Positions 53,806-64,000 of a stretch of DNA of 64,000 nucleotides are shown piece after piece. Origin of the DNA: Bispira polyomma (lineage: Eukaryota); contig OZ287751.1 in assembly GCA_965649765.1 (NCBI GenBank), positions 61,752,001 through 61,816,000 of the forward strand. The letters are read 5' to 3'. Numbering within the stretch: position 1 is the first letter of the stretch; every line of letters begins with the position of its first letter. Both the position numbers and the translations under genes were made by a program. The notes under the pieces are model-generated. The model saw only the letters and a program-made list of their open reading frames with translations, searched no databases and was not told the DNA's origin.

Positions 53806-54771
53806 ATAGCAAACCTCTTCACCACTTGCTCTATAGAAATGCAACTAAACTGCACCTAGCCTTCACCAGGTCTACCAGCAGAGCCTATGCTGCCATGTAT
53901 AGGATCTACTTAGCTTATAATGCTTTCATGGAACGACCTTACAATCAGGTGACTGTATTTGACCTTCTTTGTTTTCTCGAAGCATTACATTTTAACTCTG
54001 TAAAACCAGGCCAAATGGCTAATTACCTCTCTGCTATTAAAGCTCAATCAATACTGCATGGTATTAATGTCTTGGCTTTCAGTGACCCTAAAGTTGCATA
54101 TTATCAAAAGGCTGTAAAATTGTCAGCTCCCTTAAATGTAAAATTGAAAAAAATTATAGATACCGTTATCTAACATTATTGCTGCTTCTGAAAACACCTA
54201 CCTGGGGGTAATATTCCAAGCTGTCTATTTGCTCAGCTATTTCTCTTTTCTGAGACTATCAAACTTAGTGCCACATTCGGCTAACCAGTACTCTCCCCTT
54301 AAACACCTAGTTAAGGGGGATGTCATGTTTCGACAGAACAAAGCTGTCATACTTGAAAAATGGTCAAAGACCATGCAAACCAACAACCAAATTAAACTAA
54401 TTACTATACCATGCCTTCCCGGATCTCCATTGTGCCCGGTTGGTGCCTTAAAAGCAGCAATGTCGATTACCCTGGGTGGGGAAAATGAAGCTTTATTTCA
54501 ATTCAGAACTAATCAAACATGGCTCCCCTTGACAGACACAAAGGTACAACATCATTTTTCTGACATATTAAAAATGTTACAATTACACACCTCAGGACTT
54601 ACCTTCCACGCTTTCCGTCGTTCAGGTGCCACGTTTGCTTTCAATCATAATGTAAGTATTCAAAATATACAACAACACGGCACTTGGACCTCGGACTGCA
54701 TGTGGAGGTACGTCACCGTTGACGCTGGCCAGCAAGTTGCAAATACATTCAGACATCATCTGGCTCCCTAG
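53806..54771 (+). pseudogene. Tyrosine recombinase of E3 (frameshift near 54170)
   Basis: FLRLSN, KWSKT, CPV, FHAFRRSGAT, HGTWTSDCMWRY. Confidence 0.92.
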
Positions 54772-55527
54772 CTCTACTCCTACTAAGTTGGGATTTGGGT
54801 GATTCGATCTAATGCTTGCTTGCCTACAACTGTTTTATACTTAAAGTAGTTTTACTTTCAACTGGTTTTACGTAAACTTGTTTTAGTTAAAACGTAATGT
54901 ACCAGACTTAATATCAAAAGCCACTTAATTAAAGCGTAACTTTCTATTTTAAGTTAAAGCGTAATTTCTTATACTTAATATGACTTAACTAAGAGCGTAA
55001 CTTCTTAGCTTAGTTAAAGCATAACTTCTTATACTTAGTATGTACTAACACTTAATTAAAGGTAACTTTCTCTCTTAACATATGTTGCTAGTAATTGTGT
55101 TAACAATAGCAAATAATGTAGCATGCACATATGCATGTTCAAGTGTATATAAGTGTGTGTAAACTTAACTTCTAATGTACATAGTCTAACCTCTGTTGTC
55201 TAAAGTGCATGAAATTAAATCTTAAAACATTTCTACTGTGTCTGGCCTTAAGTCTTGTTATTTAGAAAATTGATTCAATTAATGGCCACCTTAGCCCGTC
55301 TATACCATGTAAAACTGTCTGGGGTTAAGGTGACCTTAACTATCGTAAATAAAACATTTATTCAGTAAGGTGACCTTAAGCCACCTAAAAATATTAAAAC
55401 ATTAATAATGATTTTAGCAATTAAATATGTATATAGACTTGTACTTAGAATAAATGTTTTAAACCGCATTCTGAACTTGTTCATACCTGCCTTCATCTGA
55501 CCTCTGGTAATCAAGGAACTGTAATAT

Positions 55528-55951
55528 ACACTAAGTACTACTACAATATATGTACATATCCAAGCGGTTATACATGGTTACGGTTATACAACATTAAAGT
55601 TTACCAATTTAGTTACACATTACAGTGACCCGAGTTACAGGTCACTTTTTAATACAGGTCACATTTTCAGTTGACCTTAGCTAAAGGTCAATTAGTGTGC
55701 TTTTACGGTGACCTTACCTAGAGGGGAATTAATAATTTTTAAGGTGACCTCAATTTGAGGTCATACTAATTTATTATTTAAATACATATGAGGTGACCTT
55801 AAAATCAGGCCTACATTAACCGTAACTTGATATACGTTTTAAGTCTTGAAAACCCTGCCCCCTGTGGGCAGGGATCCCCCATTGAGTTACCCCATTGAAT
55901 TAAAGTATACGAGTGCATTATGTAAAGATATAAAATACATATACAAGACCC
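55528..55951. repeat. ~400-bp direct repeat, copy 2 (partner 49185-49582)
   Basis: Collinear match with small indels. Confidence 0.9.
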
Positions 55952-56771
55952 TAACCCATCACCCCTCTCCCCTCTGAGTAAAAGTGGCTCAGTCCAGTGA
56001 TGGACGGAGCCTGGCTGGGAGTATAAATATCCTTGTAAGGGGGTTGATAGGTGTCATTAAAGTGTGCTGGGAGAGAGTGTCACTTCAAATTGCGCACCCA
56101 CCTCACCCTTTTAATAACTTAAAAAGTGTTGTATATGCATATGGTAATACTTCATATATGCATGATATGTGCCCATTGACATTAATAATAATAGTGGCAT
56201 TGAGAATTATTCAAGTGTTTAAATGGTTTATCCAACTGGCTTATACGCACCAGAACGTAGTAACTGCCAATAATTGTACGTTAATACCATAGGTACAATC
56301 AATATTAAAATATATGTTAACACCATAGGTGAGACATTATAAAAATATACATTATTACCATAGGTGAGGACATTATGAAAATAGTCCAACATCAGGACAT
56401 TGTGGATATGCCAGAGACGTACATTATCAAATATATGTAATGATGATAATGACATTATTTATAGTGCACACATATATATGATGTCACATTTCATGATGAC
56501 AGATTCTCGGTTAATAATATCTATGGTATTATAAATGGTACAAATGATAGTTTTCATGATACCAGTAGTAATAATAAGCCTGGCTTATATCAGGATTTTG
56601 AACCCCATTGTGAAAATAATATTTATCATGATGGTTTTATACAAAATAATTTTTTTTTTCTTTTTTATTTGGATATTTAACGTCCACTCTAGTACCTGTT
56701 TAGGTTATATTGGGACGGGTAGTTGGAAATGCTGGAGGAAACACTGGATACAGTTGATCAAGGTTCTGCAC

Positions 56772-56927
56772 TGAAACCAGCGGCCCACAGTAAGGAACTA
56801 CTACCTTTCCCACATAGGCATCGACGGGACTCGAACTCACGCCGGCCAGAGGTGAGAGACCAGTGATTGTGAAGCGCAATGCTTGCTACCTACCTACCTA
56901 CCTGCTTTACTAGGCCACCGCGGCCCC
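56772..56927 (-). mobile_element. Short tRNA-derived SINE copy
   Basis: Minus strand GGGGCCGCGGTGGCCTAGT..., B box GAGTTCGAGTCCC; matches 59669-59808. Confidence 0.85.
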
Positions 56928-56929
56928 TT

Positions 56930-59600
56930 TATACAAAATAAACATGATATAACAGATTTAAGTATGGGCATTGATAATATTGATAGTGTTCACCCTGTAT
57001 GTAACATTATGACTATAGAAAGCAGGGGCTTTGGATTTATTCCTCACATACTGCCCCTGGCTGTGTTAGAAACTTTATGTAATAATATCGCTTTTTAGCC
57101 AAATGTCAAATGGCTTAAGGAAATTCATCATGAAGTAGAAAAACATGGTGTCCCCAATAAAAAAGGTGCTCGGTTGGCGGCACCGTCAGGTTTAAATATA
57201 CCTGTGTGGAGTCGTCTCCTAAAGAGCTACCACTTAGAAATTCTTGGTCAATATATCCAGTTTGGATTTCTGTTAAATATTGATATTATGATATTTTTTA
57301 ATTTAGTTCTGTTGATAACCTAAAATGAGCATTATGTAGTCCTGAGGGTGTTAATTAATATTTTAAGGTTGAAGTTGGCCATGAAGCAATGATTAATCCT
57401 AAAATCTATTTGATAAAATAAATTTTTCACCCCTGATGGCACGTCCTAATCTGGATGGTGGTACTCGGGTAATTTTTGATTTATCCCTGCCACTTGGCCA
57501 TAGTGTTATTAGTTGTGTATCAGCTGTGATGGCATTCCATTCACTTTAAAATATCCTACAATAGACCAGGTTGTTGAAAAAGTGCAACAATATGAACCTA
57601 ATACGTTATTATATAAAATTGATCTTCAGCAGGAATTTCGTAAGTTACGCATTGACCCCAGAGATAACCTGGTCTTGGGTCTGCGTTAGCAAGGTAATGC
57701 ATATATATATAGACGTTGGGCTTCCGTTCAGATTTTAGATGGGAGTGGCTGCCTGCCAGCTTTGTACGGATGCAGTGATGTCCACGTTAAGAGAACGCAA
57801 TATTTGGGTTATCAATTGTTTAGATGATTATATCGGGGCAAGTTCCCCCCAGTAATGCTGCAAGTTATTTTCTGTCATAAAAAAAATTGTTTCTTGATGA
57901 AAACCTTTCTATTATTATGAAAAAGCTCGAGCCTCTGGCTCCAGAAATTAATTGTCTAGGAATTATTATTAATGCCCATACTGGTAAATTAATAATTTCT
58001 AAAAAGAAATTAAATGGAGTTAAAAAGTTATGTTATAGTTAGGTAATTCCAGAATTTATAAAAAAATCGTCATTCTTGATGAAAACCTTTCTATTATTAT
58101 GAAAAAGCTCGAGCCTCTGGCTCCAGAAATTAATTGTCTAGGAATTATTATTAATGCCCATACTGGTAAATTAATAATTTCTAAAAAGAAATTAAATGGA
58201 GTTAAAAAGTTATGTTATAGTTAGGTAATTCCAGAATTTATAAAAAAATTGTCATTCTATCGTTTATTTTGAAGCAGCTAATATTCTAATTGCATTAAAA
58301 TTGTGATGTCACTGATAGAAAAATTCAATAGTGCTAGTATGATAATTAAGCAGTAGTAAACACCTTTACTTTAGACAAAGCTTGTGATCCATGGTTAATG
58401 GGCACGCATTAGAACTGCCTGGTATTATTTGGTTGCGCATAACATTGAGCTCAAAGCACAACATATAAGGTGTGTTGACAATAAATTGGCCGATATTCTG
58501 TCAAGATGGCATATATACCATGGTATGAAAATGAATAAAATAGTAGAAATACTTAAAAATTGTCAATGGCTAGACACAAAGTAATGTTAATTCCAATTTT
58601 TACATTTAAAATGCTATGCTACAGAAGCCCCAAGGAGTCATGGCTAGAAAAAGCAAATACTTATAATTTTGGAAAATGTTATACTTATGGAAACCCTAAT
58701 AGATTATGGCTAATAAACATAAAATATTTCTAAATTTAAACAAATTATATGGAAACGCCATGGAGTCAGCACCATGAAAAACAAATGTGGTACTGCTCTA
58801 AAAATAATTTAGCATCTACTACGGCGGCCATCTTGGAACGGGATGCCCTTCAGCGTGTTTCTACTCCTCTATGACTTCGTACACAGATGTCTTACAACTT
58901 CTCCTTCAGACTGTTCGTCTCTTTTATGGTGTTCATGCAATTCCCCATACCTTATTGCTCAAGAACTGTAAAGTGCTTTGTCGAGTAACTTATACAAAAT
59001 GGTCTCAAAGCTGCTTCTATTACTAACCACTTGTCTGTGCTGTTTCACTTCTCCAACGTTATATAAATTGATTAATGCTTCTTCTTCTTTTACAAATGCT
59101 GATACTTTGATAGCTTTATTTCTCTGTGCTTTTTTCGGGTTTTTCCAATTTGCTTCTCCAGTACCTTTGGCTATTAAAGAATTCGACAGAAATTGGTTTC
59201 CCACTAGGGCGGATTTGATATGGGGTTCTCCAGGTGTACACATAGTGATGACCTGTGCCAAGAACATGCAAGGGTCTGGTCAATATCAAATGGTACAGCT
59301 GCCAAGTTTACCTGGTAATATACTTTGTCCAGTGACTGCTTTAAAAATATGATTAAAACAATTCTAGCTGAGAATGAATCTCCTTTATGTTTTATTAAAA
59401 CTAAACAAGGTGTTACCCCCTCACTACCTTTAAAGCTAGGTCATTTCTTAAATTGATGCTTACCAATATTGGGTTGTCACCCAAAGATTTTGGTTTCCAT
59501 ACTTGTAGGTGAAGCAGAGCTTCTTTTGCATTTGACAAAATAACTTTTATCTGAGTTGTGTCTGATTTTGAGCTTGGGTTTATGCTGAGAATAAGGGCCC
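56930..59600 (+). mobile_element. Heavily decayed YR retrotransposon E4 (RT, RNase H, YR remnants; E1-like subgroup)
   Basis: GVPNKKGARLAAPSGLNIPVW...QYIQFGF (~57145), CLDDYIG (~57817), ADILSRW (~58489), LCAFFGF...RADLIWGSPG...LCPVTALK, GFHT (~59491). Confidence 0.85.
57891..58254. repeat. 182-bp near-perfect tandem duplication
   Basis: 57891-58072 repeated at 58073-58254. Confidence 0.92.
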
Positions 59601-59668
59601 TGCAATACATTTGAAACTTACAACTTCGAAACGTCTGGTTGTCTTCTGCCCTAACATTTACTAACATA

Positions 59669-59808
59669 TGAAACCAGCCGCCCACAGTAAGGAACTACCA
59701 CCTTTCCCACATAGGCATCGACAGGAGTCGAACTCTCGCTGCCCATAGGTGAGAGAACAGTGATTGTGAAGCGCAATGCTTGCTAACCACTAGGCCACCG
59801 TGGCCCCC
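59669..59808 (-). mobile_element. Short tRNA-derived SINE copy
   Basis: A box TGGCCTAGTGG, B box GAGTTCGACTCC on minus strand; matches 56772-56927. Confidence 0.85.
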
Positions 59809-60089
59809 GGGACAAGCTATGAAGTAAATTTTTAATTTATGTGACATTTGATAAGACACACTGTAAACGAACGCCCTCAGCGTTCGTGGCCTCAGTTCTG
59901 GGGTACCAGCCTGTTCTACTATTATGGGATGGTGTACGACTATATAAGGCTCTCCTTTTTCAAATTCTCCCGCCTTTATCGTTTCGTCAGCAGAGCAACA
60001 ACTAGTTTAAAATTTGTTTGGGTGACATTTTGTTTATGGTGTTTACGGTTTTATAATTTACAATATTTTAGTTGAAACACCATCTAGTC

Positions 60090-61160
60090 ATGCCTGTCTT
60101 TGATTGTAGTCAATGCTTAACCAAGCATGAGCGTCCTGTCGGGCGAAATTGTGTTAATGAAAAAATTGTTGACTCTGTCTCTGGGGAGGAGATCGATGCT
60201 GCCTCAGACACTGAACCCGCAAACGGTGAGTCCGGCGATGCAGTTACCAATGCTATACTACTTCAACTGCACTCGATGAACGAATTAATGGTGAAAATGG
60301 ACCAGCGGGTTCAGAGGAATGAGGCAGCATTGGCGACGAACCTTACCAGTAGTCAGGCGAGTCATCAGGTCCCCGTTCAGGCAAGTAGTAGTTTGATTAG
60401 TCCTAGTGTTGTCAGGCCTGCTAGTTGCTCTGCTGACGTAGGTAAGAGCCCATCTATCGCTACGTCCGACAGTATAATTCCTGGCATAGATTTTTTAAAC
60501 CGGAATGCCCTAATACAGCTCCAAGTGGAGCAGAGATTGAAAGATCTCAAAACGTTGAATGAGACCACCTCGCAAGGTAAACTGAAGTCCCAGCGTAGTG
60601 GGGCGAATGAGGTATTGGTAAAGAAGGTCACCGCCTGGCCTCAAAATTACGTGCTGACGGGTAGTTCTAAGTCTCGGCCAAGCTACGATGAGTTAACCGT
60701 GTTGCAATGGGTGTGTGGTTTCGCTCGGATCGCCCAAGAGGAGAAGTCGATCGAAGTGAAGAATGCCATGCTGGATTACATGGGGGGTCTTATGGAGGAT
60801 GCCCAGGATTTTTCTTGGGAGTCAGCTAAGGCCTGCCATGCAGTCGTATTGACAAGTATGGAGATGGATAAGTTAGGCTGGCTAGAGGTAGATAAGATGG
60901 ATCGAATCCGAAGAGCCCATGCTCAGTGCCATGTGTCGAACAGTAGAAATTCCTCTGGGGCGAATGGACGGCTAGGTAACTCTAGTAGCAGTAAATCTGG
61001 CAGTCGTAAAGGTGCAATGTTTTGTCGCTTTTATCAGGAAGGAAATTGTAGATTTCCCAGCTCGCACAATACTGGAGGTCAGTTATATAAACATCGTTGT
61101 GAGACGTGTGAGGGTAGCCACAAGACTAGTGAATGTCATAAGAAAGGGGCAAAAAACTAA
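60090..61160 (+). CDS. gag: Gag-like protein of E5 (intact)
   Basis: ATG 60090; CSQCLTKHERPVGRNC, coiled coil, conserved core, C-terminal Cys/His fingers. Confidence 0.9.
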   Translation: MPVFDCSQCLTKHERPVGRNCVNEKIVDSVSGEEIDAASDTEPANGESGDAVTNAILLQLHSMNELMVKMDQRVQRNEAALATNLTSSQASHQVPVQASSSLISPSVVRPASCSADVGKSPSIATSDSIIPGIDFLNRNALIQLQVEQRLKDLKTLNETTSQGKLKSQRSGANEVLVKKVTAWPQNYVLTGSSKSRPSYDELTVLQWVCGFARIAQEEKSIEVKNAMLDYMGGLMEDAQDFSWESAKACHAVVLTSMEMDKLGWLEVDKMDRIRRAHAQCHVSNSRNSSGANGRLGNSSSSKSGSRKGAMFCRFYQEGNCRFPSSHNTGGQLYKHRCETCEGSHKTSECHKKGAKN

Positions 61161-61186
61161 GGGGCCACTGCATTGGTGCAGTGGCT
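61151..61186 (+). promoter_or_regulatory. Putative -1 ribosomal frameshift signal (E5)
   Basis: A AAA AAC TAA then stem GCCACTGCA-TTGG-TGCAGTGGC; -1 frame is open into ORF 61181. Confidence 0.8.
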
Positions 61187-63541
61187 AAAAGGGGTGAGCA
61201 AAAAAGTAGGTTCGTCTATAATACTAAATTTAAGGATGTACAATTATTTGAGAGGTCTGTGTGTCAGAAAATGTGTAAATATATGAAGGGCACCAGACCA
61301 GGTTTGAGCTATAGCCAGGCGTTGCAAAAGAATGACCCAGTTCAAAAGTATGGGTGTGTAAATAGAAGTGTTGATAATGTACAGGTAAAACAGGCAAGGT
61401 TTGACAAGAGTAAGGTGAAGATAGTACGTAACAAAAGTGACACCTTGGTGAGGCCCCTTGGTACCTCTGTGAGCCAATTGACACCCATTGTGAAGCCTGA
61501 CTCGGGTGCGAAACAAGACAAGGGGATAACAAAGGAGGTCAATTGTTCGAGATTGAATGGGGGCGAAGAGAGGCGGGTCAATGGGGGTGTGGCTGTCCTC
61601 CACTCTTGCTAACAGGTATACCGCTCTAATGTCGTTGCCGGTCGATGACAGTGAAAATGTTGACGAGCCCGTTCGATTCCTTTCTGTTACTAGTGACAAA
61701 CCCGTTAACCGAGGCAAGGCCAGGAGTAAAACTGCTTCCGAAGACAGCCCGGGAAGTTCCGAATGTTCCGATAAATACGCTCGTGCTTTGAAACAGAAAG
61801 TAAATAAGAAAGGCATGTTAGCTAAGGCTGCCTCAAATCCTACTTACAGAAAATGGCAAGCTCAAAGTCAATATGCATATGGATTCACTCCTCTCTCTGC
61901 TCTGGGCTGTGAGATTGCAGATCATGGTGGGGGAGGGCCCGAACTTTCCATATTGGAAATGCATGACTTAATTCGGGCTGATGGGAGACACAATTATGAA
62001 GGGTTGCAAATCCCTGTTCCCTCTCAATTAAGACCAGAGAGTTGGAGAAAATACCTTAAAGATTACTGGGATTGGCAATTGCCTCTCCTCATAAAATATG
62101 GATTCCCCCTAGACGTGGATCATTCAGTTCAACTGGAATCCAGTGAGATTAACCATAAATCGGCTGGGGAATATCCACAGCATGTAGAAGCTTATATGCA
62201 AGAAGAATGTGAGTTAGGAGCCATGTTGGGGCCATTTGACAAACCTCCCATTCCGGGCTTGCATTGTTCTCCCCTTATGACTAGACACAAACCGAATTCA
62301 ATTAACCGGAGAGTAATTGTAGACTTAAGTTGGCCTCAAGGGGGGTCGGTTAATGCGGGGGCATCTCCTTCCTCTTACTTGGGTGTTGAATTTTTGCTGT
62401 CTTACCCATCTATTGATAATCTCACTAGTGAGGTGGTAAAATTGGGTAGAGGATGCGAGATATTCAAGGTCGACATAAGTAGGGCATTCCGTCACGTACC
62501 CATTGACCCTGGCGACGTTGACCTCCTAGGTCTAAAGTGGAAGTCCTATTATGTGGACAGATCTCTGCCGTTCGGATATCGTAATGGTAGCACGATTTTT
62601 CGGATGGCGTGCGTTTCATAATGCACTCTGAAAATCATAATGTCCACAACTATATCGACGATTTCTTGGCGATTTCTGTTCCCAGCAAAATTCAAAAAAC
62701 TTACCTGAGATTGCAAGAACTGCTACAAGAATTGGGGTTGACAGTAAGTCAGAAAAAATTGGTTCCTCCCAGCACACAGGTTGTCTGCTTGGGCATAGTG
62801 GTGGATACTATTCGTGGTACTACTTCCATCCCGGTTGAGAAATTAAGTGAAATTAAGGATAAGTGTCAGGAATGGAAATCCAAAAAATTCTGCACTAAGA
62901 GGGAGCTCCAGTCTTTACTTGGCTTGTTATTGTATATTTCTAAATGTGTAAAGTATGCTCGTGTCTTTTTGAATAGGATGCTGGAACTATTAAGAGATAA
63001 TTACACCAGAAAGTATATTACCATCAACCCTGAATTCAGGCATGACTTAAATTGGTTTACGGCTTTTGCAGAACAGTTCAATGGAGTCTCTTTCTTCATG
63101 CCTAAGCCCATAACTGGTGAGATTGAATTAGATGCCTGTCTTACGGGAATGGGGGGTATTTTTGAGAAACAAGTGTACCAAATTAACATTCCTCCGGAGA
63201 TGCTTAACATCCTGGTAGCTTTAAAATTGTGGGTTCATAAATGGAAAAGTCGTAGAATATTGGTCAGATGTGATAATCAGGCAGTTGTAAGTGTCTTACA
63301 GACAGGGCGCACCAGAGATCCGGACTTAGCCACGTATTCTAGGAATATATACATGTTAGCTAGCAAGTTTAATATTGATATTGTTGTCATACATATTTTG
63401 GGTAAAGAAAATAAAATTGCAGATCTGCTATCAAGATGGACTGAAACTGAAGCCAACCATTTGTTGTTATTTAGGTTAGCTGGGCCTGTCCAGTGGCTGC
63501 CTGCTTGCCACAGTTTATTAAACGTTAACTCACTTATATAG
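61157..63541 (+). pseudogene. pol: pol (linker + RT + RNase H) of E5, frameshifts near 61570 and 62605
   Basis: ORFs 61181-61612, 61557-62621, 62609-63541 with FKVDISRAFRH, LPFG, YIDD, DACLTG, CDNQ, ADLLSRW. Confidence 0.93.
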
Positions 63542-63564
63542 CACGTGTTAGTCATGTTTTCCAG

Positions 63565-64000
63565 ATATACAACCTGTCGCCATCTCCTTGATGCAGAAAG
63601 CTTGTGACAGACTTGAACTTGCCTTCACCCCTGCCACTAACAGAGCCTACAACAGAATGTTCAGGCTGTTCTTGGCGTTTGGAGCCTTTATGTCATGGCC
63701 TCCTAAAAAGGTGACTGTGTTATATCTCCTAGCATATTTAGAGTTTTTAACGTTTAATGGTGTGTCGGCGAGTCAAGTTCTTAATCATCTTTCTGCCATT
63801 AAGGCTAAGTGTGTCCTCTTCCATATATCTGTAGACGCTTTCTCTGATAAGAGAATCACCTATTATAATAGAGCTTTGGCAATGCATAGACCATTGCAAG
63901 TAAAACTTAAGTCAATTTTCGACGTCCAGTTGTTGAGGTCTCTTATTATAAAGTGTGACAGCACTTACATGGGTCAAATTTTTAAAGCAGTTTATCTTAC
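63565..64000 (+). CDS. Tyrosine recombinase of E5, N-terminal part (3'-partial)
   Basis: Translates LMQKACDRLELAFTPATNRAYNRMFRLFLAF..., homologous to E2 YR; absent from ORF track because no stop is reached. Confidence 0.88.

Larger units (their letters stand above)
50010..55270 (+). mobile_element. YR retrotransposon E3, mutated; A2/B2 not found
   Basis: A-like leader with ACGCCC 50019 and TATAAAAG 50088; gag, RT/RH and YR ORF pieces. Confidence 0.93.
59862..64000 (+). mobile_element. YR retrotransposon E5 (runs off window end)
   Basis: A-like leader similar to E2 A1 with TATATAAG at 59941; gag, RT/RH, start of YR. Confidence 0.95.

Noticed and set aside
61230-61816. Antisense ORFs over gag/pol (190 aa here, others in E1-E3)
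   Set aside because: Not conserved between elements; expected shadows of coding sequence

Overview
AT-rich, repeat-dense eukaryotic DNA, probably an invertebrate; the tRNA-derived SINEs resemble those of molluscs and other lophotrochozoans. No host gene is supportable. The window is dominated by tyrosine-recombinase (YR) retrotransposons of the Ngaro/DIRS group (gag, RT/RNase H, YR; no methyltransferase). There are four largely complete but mutated copies: E1 1-~4900, E2 32470-38965 with intact split direct repeats A1..B1-A2..B2, E3 ~50010-55270 and E5 ~59862-end. There is also one decayed copy (E4 ~56930-59600) and two hidden gag remnants (~19745-21035, ~30485-30980). All seven are on the + strand. 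Comparing the diverged copies suggests a conserved expression scheme. (i) A phase-1 GT-AG intron runs from mid-gag to just after the pol stop and fuses the Gag N-terminus (zinc knuckle plus coiled coil) in frame to the recombinase in 4 of 4 copies. (ii) An A-AAA-AAC slippery site plus hairpin marks the gag/pol junction in three copies, whereas E1 has an in-frame UAG. (iii) Arrays of a palindromic AAGGT-N-ACCTT motif occur in the 3' terminal repeats and in orphan termini. The rest is LINE fragments, a hAT transposase relic, MITEs, SINEs and a 132-N gap. All alignments were done by eye.
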